DNA from: Lingula anatina
Lineage: Eukaryota > Animalia > Brachiopoda
Assembly (NCBI GenBank): GCA_051362555.1
Contig: CM120641.1
Coordinates: forward strand, 1,426,001-1,490,000
Direction of reading: 5' to 3'
DNA: 64,000 bases
The translations under genes were made by a program, and so were the position numbers. The notes below the pieces were generated by a model that saw nothing but the letters and a program-made list of their open reading frames with translations, had not been told where the DNA came from and searched no databases. Each line of letters begins with the position of its first letter. The stretch's first letter is position 1. This document shows positions 13,200 to 28,595 of the stretch, piece by piece.

Positions 13200-16100
13200 C
13201 TGGATGGAAATTCGCCTTTCCCTTCGCCGGAAAAATGTTTTTTCTTTGCGCTACAACTGTATTACATAAAACCCTTGTTCACTGTGCTCCCGCCTCGGAT
13301 ATAAAACACACTATTGAGCAGAGGGCACGCCTAGATTATTAGCGTAAGATTTTTTTACTCAGTCTACGGAAGGCATCCAATTAATTGGAACCTTCCATGA
13401 AATAAAACTTCAACTTACATTTCCTCTTTTCTTCTACAAGGATTTCCCGAGGTAAGGTGTTGCATAGTAAAATTTTGTCTCATTTTCTTAGCTGGATACT
13501 AATACATATAATCAGTTACAAGTCACTCCACAGTAGAAATACCCTCACTAATATCCTCCGCCATTTGGATTTTTCGACTTTTCACATCCCATTAAAACGG
13601 AAAGATATAGGCAATTAAAGCTCATATCAATTCTTTAAAAATTACTAGGTCTTTAAGGTCACTGGTAGAGTTAAAGGTGTGTCTTTCAGTACACCAGGAC
13701 AACCATCAGTGGAAGTTTTTGGACGGCCTACGTCTTCAAATCAAAAGCCGTAAACAGTATATAGGAGGTATTATCTGTGGGTGTGTGGAAAAGAGGTTTT
13801 GATATCAAAGTATTGTATTTTTTAAAGGAAATGCGTGTGCGTTTGACATGAAATATGGAAATAAAGACCCTGTAACCCTTGTTAATTCAGAATTATAATC
13901 GATAGAAAAGCTATCGAAACCACGACCTGACGGGGTTTCGTTCTTAACTTCACTTCATCATTGAAGTTTCGCGTGATCAGACTTTGCTTAATGATGTTCC
14001 TCAAAGGACGTAAAACAAGCCAATCTCAGCAAACACGTGCCAACACTTTAATGACATATTCGCTCAAGTGCACAAGCAGTCTAAAAATACGTACAACCGC
14101 ACACCCGTTCATAGGTGAACACAAGCGCGAGCACACGTTAAGGTATGCGTAACTTGTACATGACTAACGCGCGCAAGCAACCCTTTGTATGATCCTACGA
14201 ACCAAAAAATGTCATCGAACATATTTAAACATGCAGGCTTCAGCAGCTTAGGTAGTGCGCACAATACACACGAATATATCTACGTGGAAATCACGGCCAA
14301 AAGACGGTCAAAACAGTCGTTTATATTAGATAGGACTACTAACACCTTCGACTCTCGTGAATTATTGTGATATACATTGACAAAGATGCTTTACGACGCA
14401 ACTTGTCGTTGCCTTGTATACTATTATAGTCAACAGCGCTGGTACGCATGAACTAATGCAGACAGATACGCTAAAAGGGATCAACCAAAATCTTTTTACC
14501 AATTTCAGCGCTAATATACGAGCAAACATTACCATTTCAAAGTATTTCCTCTGAGATTTTATTCTAAGCAACTGAGAAAAAAGCTCACCTTTCAATCCAA
14601 ACCGCCTTTTCAGAAATTCTCTCTTGCACGCTGAGATCCGATCAGAGGCCCAATCGCTCAGTGTGTTTGATACGGGGCAACCGCCGCTGAACGACGCTTT
14701 ATTAGAAAATCTGATTGAACTTCACGGGTATAATGTGCAAGATGCAGTAATCTGCGCTCACGCCGAGAGAGCTTATTCTTTTATTTATCGACGCTAGTGG
14801 TAATTTATACACTGAACCCGACAGTCAAATTAAATAAGATAGAGCGCTGGATATGAATACACAAGAAAAGACGAGAAAAAGTGAAGCGACGCCGGGTGTC
14901 AGATAGTCTACGTGTTCGTGTGGTAACTCTACCCAATGTTATATTAGGGAGTCTTAGTAAACAACATTCCGACATGGTTGCCAGAGAAGAGCTTTCTGTA
15001 ATTAAATTTCAGTAAACATTTCATATTTTCCTTTTCTTTTATCTGAATATTGAAGCAACTGCTGCCTCGCCAGCCGTGTGTGTTATGAGGTAATGTGGTA
15101 TATTAGGTTTCTCCCGGGGCAACACGCACGTGCGCCCACACACCCTAACTCACCCCCTTGGGAAACCAATCACCCTGAAGCCACACTGAGGGGAAATAAG
15201 GCCCAAACCTTTACCATCAAGGCAGTGGGAGATCTCCCTAAACCGTCCTCTGCGTAACACCTCCCATATATGTTCAGTTGCGGCTATTGATCGGTTTGCA
15301 CGCCGGGTAGAAACACCACTACTACTTTCAGCTGGTAAAAACGCGTGTATATTTGTTATTCGGTCGTCTGGGAGGGCGAGGTTCTAACCATAACAATTCT
15401 AACGAGACGCGGCTTACCCAAATAACGATTGCGTAGGGCTGGGTACAGTGTAGGAGGGGTTTGGGTCTAGCCTCTACCTAGGCCAGAGAGATGTTTCACT
15501 ACATATTCACATAAATGAAAATTATCAAACGCAAGCCGAAATACTTTCATACCGTTAGCTTACGACCAACATGGGCGAAGGCCTTCATCAGACTGATGTG
15601 AGAAGATGTTGACACTCACTGACCGCTAGGTGGTACAGCGGCCAGGATCCTCTTATAAATTAAATTATTTATTTACTAGCTGTGCACAGTTCTGTCCAGC
15701 GAATAATTTTTTCACCACAACTGAGTCATGACAGAGCCTGTGGTAAAGAGTAGACTGGATTGGCTTTTTGTGATTAGACATAGACATAGTAATCACGCTA
15801 TGTGCAAAGAGAGCAGGTGCTTAGTTAACCGTCCCAGTTTGTCTGGAAATACGACCAAATATGCCTTATTATTTTTTTTCTAGACGTAGAGATTTATAAG
15901 AATCTGGGAGACAGGGATAGTTATGTAAACTGAAAACAGCTATCTCTTCTTTTCTGAGACAGCACAACGGCAAAATATATTCACTTGATTAAAACACGCA
16001 AAATTATTGAATATTCGGAAGGAATACCAACGCTGCTATTGCTACAAGATTAAACTTTTTAAGAAACACACACTTTGACCATTTATTCTTCCTTCGGATA

Positions 16101-19100
16101 CGCAGTGAGCCTTCGATCTTCAAATTTGTCGATCATAATTTCAATTGCAATCGCACACATCTGTGACAGAGACAAATGTGCACGTGACCTTTCGTTCTGC
16201 CGAGGTGTGTCCCCAGGGTATTGACCTCGAACCACCTATAGTACATTATACTTCAGGGCTTGTTCCACCTCCGTGACTTAAACATTGATTAATACTTGTA
16301 GTCCTTGCTGTAGCCAGGTATATCAATATTCTTGTGGGAATGGCGCAGTAAAATTAAGAAAAATGAATTTATGTCCAGTTTTCGAACTGTTCCACCCTGC
16401 AAAGACGCAGGGGTTGAGGTATCACCTGCTAATTTCAAATATATTCAAATTGATATTAAATATCTGAAGAGGGAAGGAATTACCTGTTTTATGGGGGATT
16501 ACTTGATGTAACACTTTGTGCATACCATTCGTGAAATTCTATTATCTCAGCCCGCTGACTAATGCGCAATACATTGGCATCTTATCCTTGATATAAAAAC
16601 GATGCTTTGCTTAAAACAAACAAGGTTTTCCCTCTAGAAGACGAGGTGAAAGGGACAGAGTAAGGCATTGTTGGTAAAGATAGACTATGGCCGAACCTCT
16701 TCAACAATTTGAAATGTCTCTGCACCCAATCTTCGCCGCGACTGACGGTTTTGACCACAAACTACTCATTAAAATACCATTACAGTTATCTTCACCTTTA
16801 TGAAAAACCCCTTCTAGACTCTGAGGCTGCCCAAGTCCCAAAGCATGAATAATATTCAACCTGGTGGGAGATCTCAGTATTTGTGTATGGTCTAGTAGAG
16901 TTCATTCTTAGTGTTTCTGAAACCAAGATCTTTTTTCGTCTGTTACGGGATATGTTTTGCTTTGTGTAATGACTTTTGAACTGACATTTCCCATGGTCAA
17001 ATACGTCTCCCTGGATGTACAGGGCTGTGATTTAACATGCAAAACTGTGGGTCGAACACGAGTTAACATTCTGGTTGATCCCTAGCCCGGGTTAACCATT
17101 TTCGCAGCACGTGCGAGTAAATTTACAAAGCACACCAACGGAAAATTGTTTCAAATTCGAATTTAACGAAACTGATTTACTCTGTTTATTTTAACAATGA
17201 GATAATGACGTCACTTTAGGTAACAACCGCCTTAGATTTTTGGCGATTAGGTTTTGCTTTTGATGTTAGATTAGTAAATGTGAAGTTAATCGTTGTTTTT
17301 TTCCTGAAATAGCCCCTGTGTGTGACCGACTCCCATTGCCGGTTAAGTAACTGATCACGAGGGTCATTTAAAAAAAAAACGCATATACGACATTTTCCTA
17401 TTGCCAACAAATATGTAAAAATACATTTTAAAGGCATTTATTTGCTAAATGCTCCATTTCGTCACTGATTAACTTTCTTACTTGCCATTCACTAAATGAA
17501 TAATATTGGTGTCACAACAAATAAATAAAAGGGTGAATAAATGAAAAATATACAATCAAACTATGGATGGGTGTTTTTAATTTGATTTATGAAGAATTTC
17601 AAAGTTTCCAATCCAGCGGGGACCGGTGTGTGTGGTGAACGTAGATGGGAGGAATTAAATCAATTAAGACGCCTGAAAGGTTGAGAGACTAAGCGAGCTG
17701 AAATAAGATATAAACAAAAGAATTAAACCGATAAAATAGAAAAAAGAAAAATCGATGACATTTAAATCTAACAGGGAGGTTTTGATCAAATGGGAGGCAT
17801 CGGGTATGTGGCGGTCGTTATTTTTCAATATTAAGATTACCCCTCGCAGCCGCGTTTGTATACAGCACTAACATAACGGACGCAATAAGAGCCAAAAAGT
17901 CGTATAATGGGACGACCACGAAGATGGGTGTTAATAAAATGAAACATTAACCGCGATCGATCTCTACCGCCCAATGTGCGTTCAGAGTCTCTCAGGTGTA
18001 CTTGCTATTGCCCGTTCATCACACAATCTAGGAAATAAAGTTTAAGAGCGCCTCCCTTTATGTCATGGAGGTGAACATTAAACGCTGCGTTGTTTATATT
18101 CGTACAACACTTTATTTTTCCTTTAATTTCCATTGCATGCTATTGCGCTACGATCCTAACCTGAACAATGCCCATGTGTGAGGCAAAATTCGATTTATGA
18201 ATATCGACGGCGACGTAATATGATTGAAAATATAACAGCTTCACCAAGCAGAATTTTTAGAAGTCAAATAATTGATAACTGTTGTCGTAATGCGCTTATT
18301 TTTTCTCGAGCGCTTTTTTTACAAAATTGTTTCAACTAGACCATAAATCAAATAAACGGAAACCGCGTGCGCGCACTGTTTCTTTTATTCGGTTTATTTG
18401 AAGCTCTTTGGGATTGGATCAAAAGGTTGCGTCACCTAGGGTATATAAATATTGTGGCGGTGCTTCAGACGGCGCAAAGGCACGGTCGCAAAAATAATAC
18501 CACGGGTTTACGACAATTTGATGCATATTTTTATGTCTTTACAAGAATGTCAGATAAACTTACACAGCCTTAGTAAATTCACAACCTACCTTCAATTTCC
18601 TCGCCCACTCCAGATTCACGTAGGAACTAATTATTTCTAGCGTAAATGCGATTGAGTTAAAAGACGGCAATTGCTTCCTTGCGCTCTGCCGAGGAGAAAA
18701 TTTTCTATCAAAGTAAATATACGAACCGAGATACACTTTATAGGAATGGAAACGTAACACAAACAACACCAGAATTTTGCTTTTTGTTAACAAATCAAAA
18801 CAATAAAATTCTGAAAATGATAACAGAATGACCTGGTTTGACTTGACTCGGTACAAACCTTAAACGATTACATTCCATAAACGATCTGCAGCAGACAGTC
18901 GCATTGTAAAAAAGTCTTTCTCCTTCGTGTTAAAGATGTATAACTAAACAGTTGCAGGATTGACATGAAGAGTTTGCGTGAATTACAGTAAATAACACAA
19001 GAATCCTAACTTCCCCCCGTGAGCTGAACTGGCAACGTGCTATAGCCAAAACTTGTCCCCTTAATCACGGCCAACCCGCGTGTATCGTGTACACGCGATT

Positions 19101-21939
19101 CCAAACACTTGGTTCATGTTACAAGGCAGGACTGCAAGGATTCACACATGATCCGCGGGGAGGGTGCATTGATACATTTAATGAAGACAAGATTCGCGAC
19201 ATGGACGCTGTAATGAGATTAACTCGGTGGAGATGCACGAGAAAATGCCACAAGGATACCAAACCAATAAGAGAAAAGACAATAATTATCATGTGTTGCA
19301 AATAATAATGTTTTTCTCGGCAGATTGATGAAAAACAGATGCTTAATTCTACCAAGATATCTCTGGAACGAATAAATCTCCAAAAAAATTGTCTACAATA
19401 ACAATTTCATATAGGCTGAATGAGTAATGCGATTTACTCCCAGAGATGCTTTGGATTTCGAAATCTTGCTGCACGGAAAAACGCTGTACTGTGTGGGGCA
19501 AACGAATCTCGCCTCAGCCAAGGAGGTATTTTAACCTGTGCTTTTCCCACCACAGACGTAACAGTCATCATCTACCTGGGGGTTTCCTGAGTATTAAGTG
19601 AAGGCGAATGGATATGAGCGCAGCGATCTGCCGGAACGATTAACGGAATTCGTAGCATAGATTGCCACAGCTTCGCGTTCACTTCAACTGGTGCACGTTT
19701 AAAATGGTCTTGATGTGCACCTTGTACACAAAATGTATTTTCTGTTTGTTTTAAATGAAGTTTGATCCACGGACACGCTTTGATTTTCCGATACATTTAA
19801 TACGCTTAACTTCCTATCTCTGAGTCCAGGCTTTCCATAATGACTGAGTGAATATGAAAATGGAATTTTCTTTTTAAATTATGAAGTGAGTTACTGACAT
19901 CGTTGAATAAAAAATAATTTTACTAACACTTCAACAATCACACCCTTAGATATCTGATGTAATGTGTATGACATATCGTCCCACCCGAGATAAAAATATG
20001 ACCAAGTAGGAAGGTTCCCTTTCATCACTCATCATTATACAACCAAGCAATGGCAATAGATATTCCTTTTTATCTACCAGAACAATGATACAATAATACG
20101 GTCATTTGATTTACGAGCGGTAACTCTCTGTACACAGGGTCGGTAGGTGAAATTTATTTATTTTTTATTTCTATTTCTTTTAACATATGATTACAACGGA
20201 CATACATAGCAGCTAAATTTTAGAGTCGGGCAGTTGATTGTAAGGTGAATGTGCTTTCCACTGGTCAATTTTTGAACATACAAAATGTTTAAGCTTTTTT
20301 CTTGGGTCAATTTTTGTAATTTTCCCAATGACCATTGCATTTTGCCATTTGAAAAAAAAGCAGGTGCGACAAAAGAAATTCTGATTTCCTCAAATATAAA
20401 ATCGGTCGGGTTCGATATTAACCATCTCATCGATTCTGTCTGGGCCAACATTATAATTTCCGTTTCATCAAAGGGCACCTAATTGGCTATAAAGACCATA
20501 CACATATTTCCTTGATTAAGTCAACGGCCGGACTGTCGCTAGCTTTAACTGCCTTTTACGACTGGGATAATGTGCAAATTAACTTATAATGGAAATAAAA
20601 GCTTATGCTTTCCAAACGTTAACAATATCCATCTCTTGCCCATTCTATTGAATGCCTTTCCAAAGGAAATCGCTAACAATTCCCAGCACACACGCTGTGG
20701 TGATATACTGTAAAGGGTTCGTCATCCAGAAGATTGATACAGACAGATAAAAAGTAGAAAGAAAACTAAGGAACCTGACAGAAAATTTTACAACTAATAA
20801 ATCAATTAAAATTTAGCGCCAATCTTTGTTAAGTCTATACATTTTTTTTTTTTTTGAGTAAAATTTCTGTTGCAAGTCTGCGAGTTATTATTTATAAATC
20901 TAGCAGTATAAAGAGAAAACTGCAGCAGCCTAGTACGAAACGTTATACCAAATTCAGTGACTAACTACCTGCCTAAATATATGAGTAAATAAGACAACAT
21001 ACGGCACACAACATTCCTCTGTGTCACTTGTTCAGAATACTGAACAGCACAAGGTCATAATCCCCTTTTGGTCCTCCATAAAATCAAGATTTGTACAGTC
21101 AGCCTGTAAGTTAAAGACATTCTATTTTAGTAATACATAATGTCTAAATGAAGCGAAATGTGGAAAGAGGAAGCCAGAGGAAGTATCTATTCACAGAATG
21201 TTTGGAAATCAATTGGAATCGTTTCAGGTAAAAGCATGAAAATAAAAATAAGTGGATCATGTCAGGTTTAACATCAAACACAAACTTGAAAATAAACTTA
21301 CGAATCTACGAAATAGGGGTTAGTGAAAGGGTAAATAGCTGCCTACTAGGAAGCAAGAAAAAAAACAGAAAATCTAATATGCGCAGCAACAGAACAGATA
21401 AATACTACAAAACAACTTGTTTTCAAAGTTTCACTCGGAATTAAGATATGGAATGCAGATACGCATTTAACTTCTCAGTCCAGGATTACGACCAGTTAGG
21501 GTTGGTTCAGTCACATTGCTTTAACTGGTCCTCCTTAATCGGATGAATTACAACATTTGGATAAGTAACAACACTTTAACCCTCTCTGACCCGATGAGGG
21601 GAATGAATGTTTTGATGTCGATATAAAAAAACAGGCTTTATAAGTGGGTAACCCAAGCAGTTGGTGGGATATGACCACGGGGATCTGACTGTTCTACAGA
21701 GTAAACACAACCTACAACAACTAAACACTTAGTAATCGCCTTTTGTTGATTTTAATGTTTTCGAGGCACCCCGTATCAAGCACTTGACCAATCGAATAGA
21801 AAAACACGTATGCTCTACACGAGAGAATACATGTAAGGTTAGGCCATAATGAGGCCATTATTTGGAGGGTCCAACCAGGAAGTCATCCGACTACCAGGAC
21901 CCTGTCCAATTAACGGATTGTAGACACTCTTCATGAAAC

Positions 21940-22099
21940 TTCCCATACCTAGATCGATCTAACAGAATCGATCCATCTCCCAGGGGTTTCTCGCTAAATT
22001 GCAATCAACGGCTTAGATGTCTGTCACGCCTACTGAAGCTGCTAGGGGGAAATTAATTATCGTTTAGTTAGATCAATCTAGGTATGGGAACCCAGTCTT
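21940..22099. mobile_element. MITE family A, internally deleted copy 3
   Basis: TTCCCATACCTAGATCGATCTAACAG...GCTTAGATGTCTGTCACGCCTACTGAAGCTG...CTAGGTATGGGAACCCAGTCTT. Confidence 0.75.
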
Positions 22100-24153
22100 G
22101 AAAATATTTGGTGTTTTGTGTGAGTGAATACTTCTATCAATTTTGATCTGTTGGACATGTACATCGGAAACAGAGACCAAAGTAACCGCGAATTACGTGT
22201 GAATTCGCAGTAGAATTATGTAGACAGTTTACCGGGAATCACATCTTTACAGAGCTGCTTGGAGCACGTTTATAAGTGAAAAAGGCAAAATGAAGAAAAA
22301 ATGTGTTTGTTACTTGTGGCATCGTTATATTTGGCGTTGTGAATGAATGGTACAAAAACGAACCTATTTTCAGAAGTAGATGTATGGTCCCAGATGCAAC
22401 GACTTCATGCCACTCCAGTTCATCAAAACGGTTCTCATTTCTCAATTCATATATGTTAATCTAATTCTAATACGGTGCGCTGAGACCCAATGTCACAAAA
22501 GTTCTAATGTATAGTTTAGACAGCTGCAATCGAATAGCCTTCCTTATGAAAGCGACTTTAGAACATTGGTCTAAGAGCGGTTCACGAACCGGTTGATTAA
22601 AACGTTAGCTGACTTCCGATAGCAGGCGAAATTATGAAGAAATGCAGGTATTCGAGACAAGCCAACTGCCCCTGTCATAGTTAGGTGGAATTTGGTGGGA
22701 ATTACTACAGTATCCCTACATGATTAGTTTGAAAAGTATACGTATACGCTCAACGTCACTGTATTCTGAGGCAATGGAGGTGGCCAAAGAGTGAAACGCA
22801 TGCATGGAATATTGTTGGTAAAATATCAGGTAAAACTGAAAATAATCGTAAACAATCTTTCTGGCACCGAGTAAGTTACAGAAGGTATTTTCTATTTGAA
22901 ATACTGGGGTATCCACTCCTGGTTGCTTTATTTAGGTAGGAAGTTAAAGATTTTGCTTGCCTGGCAGCAGACTAATATGAATTTGGGTTTATGCGCTAAT
23001 AAGCTTTAAGACAAGAACTTTAAAAAGATTTTCTGTATAACGCCCTTACTTGGTTTTATTTCAGCAGGGAACACTTTTAGTCCAAAAATTGATTTTAGTT
23101 TTTTATGTGAAACAGAGTCCGGGACTTTAACATGGTACCTAAAAAACAGCAAACTTGTCTGGGTCATTTTTAATTTTAATTTTTTATTTTTATTATCTAT
23201 TTATTTCATGTTCCTCAAAAATGATGTCATTAGAATTCATGGGAATATTCACATGATACTGCCTCTTAAGTACATCAATATGGGCAAGCATGCTTCACTC
23301 TCTAATAAACGAAACACGAGGTAAAGAATCGGCGCATCCATCAGTATATTCCGCTCACTCAGGAACGCTAATAAGCCATCACCAATATTACCCAATTAAC
23401 TAAAAATATAACGAAAACAGTACATCTCACCTGCCCTTTAAGAGCATATCTTCCTGCCTAAGGTTACACCTACGAAAGCCTACTCCAAGCTAAGTAATTA
23501 CTGTAATGAGTTGGGTCGTAACCCCCTAACGCTTTTAGGAACCGACAATACTGCGTGGCACTGGTTCTTATTTTCACAGGCAGTAATAGAACTTGGAGCG
23601 ATTTGGCACAGGTGGTGTGTTTTGTCTATTAAATCTTTTCTGTTAATTGAAAATAGAAGCTAATGCCAGTAGAGATTGTGGAGATTGTGCATTATGACGT
23701 GTGTTGTGATTGAGGCAATGGGGATGTACGGGGAGGGGGGGGCTGTCTTAAATGGTGTTCCTCTTTCTTTTCATCTCGAGTCTTACAGTGCTGAACGCGA
23801 TGGCATGCTCTCCCCTTCTGTATCTGCTCAAACTGTCTTTACTTGATATTCCGAGCTACGTCTAGACAATGTACAATGGAGTTAATCACAATAATTCCAA
23901 GTTGATAAATCCTGTGTAAGGTTCTAAGAAATAGCTTTATGTTTCAGATGCACCAAGAAGCCCGTAGGGAAACATGAGTACATTAGATGCTCTGTTTAAG
24001 TCACTGGGTACATACGCATCTATAATCGTTTGGTAAAGGTGTTATATATTAAATCAGAAATTTTTTTTATGAATAAGTTTGGGGAAGGTACATTTGAAAT
24101 GCATGACTTTTGCTACATAGAACATGTAGAAACAGCACTCTAAATTGGAATAA

Positions 24154-24253
24154 CCCAGCAAACGGAACGTTATTATAACGTTACCAAAACGTTCATATAA
24201 CCAAAAAACGTTATGGTAACGTTATGGTAACGTTATAAAACATTTGTGTTTAC
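24154..24253. repeat. Remnant of an EnSpm/CACTA-like MITE with AACGTT subrepeats
   Basis: CCCAGCAAAC start, five AACGTT words in a quasi-palindrome, and a degenerate GTTTACT end. Confidence 0.5.
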
Positions 24254-27200
24254 TACAAAAGACATATCTAAAAGATGCACTTGGTATTCTAGTTAACTAA
24301 ACACTCTTGGGTTTTTTTTAACCAATAATATTTTTTGGGGTGAACAAAAACCAGCAGTTATTGTTACAAGTGCAACTTTTACTTATATCAAAACCATGAA
24401 CTGAGTCATGCATTAACTATTATGATATTTTCTCAAGTGCTGCATTGCGAATGATTGCGATATTTCTGGAAAAGCACCTACCATTACCCACCTACTGTAA
24501 TACACACAAACGAAACAAAGAAAATGGAAAAATGGGAGTTTAGAAAGTGAATTAGGTTCCAGAGTTTGGTCGCAGCAGGGGCCATGCTTCCTTTGAAAGT
24601 GGTCGGGTGGTGGTGGTGCGTGAGAATGATTCTGGCGGAGTTCCTGGGGTTCTAAATGCGTGTTTGCATGTTTGACTTCACCTCCAAACACCGTGGACTG
24701 TTTGTTTTACTAGTTAAGGACATCTTTTTAGGAGGCTAAATTTTTTTCAGGTTTGAAAGTGTCGTTGTTTGCTGGTTTTCCTGCGTGTTAACCGGAGAAA
24801 ACACGTTTTGCCATCGGTCTGCTAAATGTAGTTATTGTCTATTGGATATCCGGGAAATGTTCGGACTAAGTAAACGATACATCTCTACCATTTTGGCGGG
24901 AAATTTCCACCTGATTTTCACACCTTTTTCCTGTCAGAATTATTTTAGCAAAAAGATATTATGACTATCAGACATGAGGAAAACAAAAGTCATTTTCTTG
25001 ACACTCGTCTGCAAAATACCTGAATACATTTGTTCAATATTGTATTGTTTACAGTGCGTACTTTTCATTCAAAAATGGGAAAAAAACGTCTCATATACAA
25101 TCTGTATGATCTATCAGAATGATATAAATATATATCGCTGAGAAGGTAATGATAAGATAGAAATATGTACTGTACCTTTCTACAATAGTCGTCCACAAGT
25201 AAGCCGTAACAATGTAAACCAGGTGAGAGTCCTAAGGAAAAGCGATGAGTGAAATGTAACTGCGATCAAATCAATAATGATCGACGTAATTCATTCAATC
25301 TCCAACAGGTGTCGCATTTCTCTTTTTTTTTTCAAGACGTGCCAACTTTGTGCAGCTCCTTTGTGTTATTGTAAATCATTGTTGCTAACAGATCTATTTG
25401 GATGGAGGAACTGTTGGGCTCTGACCTTTTGAGTTCAGCGATGGATAGAATCGGTTTGCCTCAAAGGCTTTTTTCAGGAAGTTGTCCTAAGGGAAGCATC
25501 TGTAACAAGTGTTCGGGAATTTTCAACAAGATGCTTTTTGTTGCCTTTGGCGCTGGTCTAGCGTTTATTTCTGACTAACAAAGCTTAATGACATGATTTC
25601 AACGCTAATGAGCTAGAAACAGAAATATTTCGGATCATTAATGTACGGTAGATTTGCTCTGACACATGTAACAGGCAACAACTGTTCAACAACTTTAACC
25701 CTGTCAGCTTAACTGGCACTTAAATACCGCAGATTACTAGAAAGGAGTTGCAAGCGTTTAAGAAAATTCAAAGTTAACCATATTTATTTACTACTAATAA
25801 GCTAAAGTGGGAACGAAATTAATTGCAGGTGATGCTACCGTTTTCCTATTGATGTTGTATTGATTGATAAGTAGGAGAGGAGGAAATGAGAATATGGGAT
25901 CACGTTAAGAATCAATCATGCGGTGACATCGACGGTTTGATAAAATAACGTGTTAAACATGTTGTTCTGTTGGATTTTTTTTTTTTTTCGTAAAAATATC
26001 ATTATTTTTTTATTCAAATGTTTTACTCCGTGACCTTATTTCTTAACTGTTGCCCCCAACAGTTTGTTAAGGAACACTTATTTTCCTTCCCCTACCGTAC
26101 CGTACGAATTCGTTTTTTTTTTCTATGTCTGATAGCTGTAATTAGTGTGTCTCCGATAGACTGATAAGAACGTTTGAAACCACCTCAAATATAGACACTT
26201 ACTTTGATTGCTATTTCTAAAAATACACCAAAGGCTTTAAAACCAAAACATGGCAAAGGAATATGAAATTAAGCCAATGGGTCCTGCGATTTTATTACAG
26301 CAGTGTTTAAATAATGAGAAAAATGTCAAACATAAAAACCATCTTGCGTCAGTGCCCCAGCGATAAGAAAAAGGCCCAGAGATTCTTGGCAGCGCGTTTT
26401 AAACTCGGAATATTAGCGTTTATGCCGTTTAACCTTCGCTGCAAGTGTTTCGTAATTGCTAGCAAGTTAACTGCTGATGCAACTGTGAATCAATTCATTT
26501 TTTTGGTGGTCTCCTTATTGAATAAATACCTCTTTGGCAATCTATTCAACCGGCAAAGATCAACTGCCTTGTTATTACTGACATACGCCCCCATGGAGCA
26601 AACTATTTTTACGAATGTAACAAGTCATCGCGCCCGGATAGTTAAAGGCAAAATATCTCGCCGCTATGCCGAATACCTAATTATTTCTATACACCAACAC
26701 GGCAATGCCTTAACCAACGATAGTCCTGAGTGTGCTTCCTCACTGTAGAAAGTCGTACTATGAGTTAAATCTTTAAATCGTGAAACGGTACATGTATTTA
26801 AAAACAATAAGACTTGTCTCGGTCTAAAATGCCAATGGTGAAGCAAGTAGGGCCTTTTTTATATCGAGTGGGATACTTTAGCGATATCTGTATCGGCGCA
26901 CTTTGAGAGATCCTAACATGCAGTTACTCTCTAGGGGTTGGCGGGGGGGGGGGGGAGGAGAGTACCCACTTTCACGAGTTGGCACTTTACTGCTTGTGTG
27001 GTAGTTTATTGATCGACCGTTTTGTGTGCGAGCCATACGTCAATGTACTCAGGGTGTACCGGTACAGTTAAAAGTATACCGCTAAGTGTGAATATGACCT
27101 AACCAACTTGCTTGCAGTTGACTATTTCTCAATGGGATAATTTCTGTTTCGCTTTCTATAGTAATGCCAGTGTAAATTTTGTGTGTTCCTTCATTGACAG

Positions 27201-28335
27201 CACGCGAGTCAAGTGTCAATTTCACTTATATTAAGGACCAGCTTATAACGAACTCATCAAGAGCCTATGTGTACGCACTGTGTCGCTGCCGTTTTGTATC
27301 AATTGTGCTAGCTCCGATATTAAAGACTACCATAGTGTTTTTCCTTAATAGAAAACTAACATAAATCATGTCAATAAAAAGCTTCTTTTGGGGACTGAAA
27401 TGTATCAACATACATTTTAGTTATGGCGTTACCTGTGTCACAATTACTTAGTTCAACTAATTCAGTCTAATTGGCATTTAAATGAAAAACTTTTTAATTT
27501 GGACATTTTAATTTGGAAATACTTTTTCATTTGAAATCTTATCACTGATAAATTTAACGGTTTTCCGACATGTTACATAATCAGGTATACATTATTTACT
27601 GTCTTGTATTTTAAGATTATTTATAGATTTTAAAATTTTAAAAATGCTGTGAATATCTTATGGCTTGAACATAAAGAAATCCACAATAAAGCCAAGGGCT
27701 GAGATGCTTCAAACGTTGCATTCTCACAATTCTCCCTAACTGTCTCTTAAGATTAAGTTTCAGAAGATTATCCGAGAAATCTAACTTCCTTGATATTTGC
27801 CAACATTTATTCACTTTAATTGGCATACATGTACCACTATCTTATCTGTCACTAAGGACACAGGAGTATCACATTTTCAGCAGATATATTTGGCGGCTTT
27901 TAAGATACATTAAGTGTTCTTGGTACTAAGATCCCTCCTTGGTGTCTGGTCAAAACAAGTGATGTATCGTTTAAATTTGCCTTTACTGTTTCCCTTCACT
28001 GTTGAAGTCAATACAATCAAGTGCACTACGTAAAGAAATAAACATAAAAAAGAAATAAACATGCCCAGTAAGTGGCAAAGGTAAATTTACTGAATGTGGT
28101 CCTCGTGACTTTTTTTGGAACAGAACCATCTTGGGGTACCTTTGAACAAACATATTAGGTTGTATCCAGTTTTTTGTTGGGCGTCGAATGTCGCTTATTT
28201 AACTGTACACAGGGACAAACCAACCGCCGGCTTGCTACAAACATTTCTTTGATACGTCTGGTGTTTGACAGGTGGTGTTGGTATTCTGACATTTTCTTCT
28301 TGAGGGTGGTCATACCCTGGTCGCACACCGTTTCT

Positions 28336-28595
28336 TAGACTGGGTTTCCATACCTAGGTCGATCTAACAGGATCGATCAATTTCCGAGGGGTTTCTCGCT
28401 AAATTGCTTTCAGAATAAGCGGCTTAGATGTCAGGCACGCCTCCTAAAGCTGCTAAATAATAATCAATTACCTCCTAGCAACTTCAGTAGGCGTGACAGA
28501 CATCTAAGCCACTTATGTTGATTTCAATTTAGCGAGAATCCCCTTGGAGATAGATCGATCCACAGTTAGTACGATAGGGTCTGGGAATGGTCCCT
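28336..28595. mobile_element. Palindromic MITE family A, copy 4
   Basis: Colinear with 7984-8242, including GATCGATCCACAGTTAGTACGATA and the same hairpin arms. Confidence 0.85.

Noticed and set aside
26314-26748. 144-aa ORF
   Set aside because: No recognisable motifs, and the composition is typical of translated AT-rich non-coding DNA.
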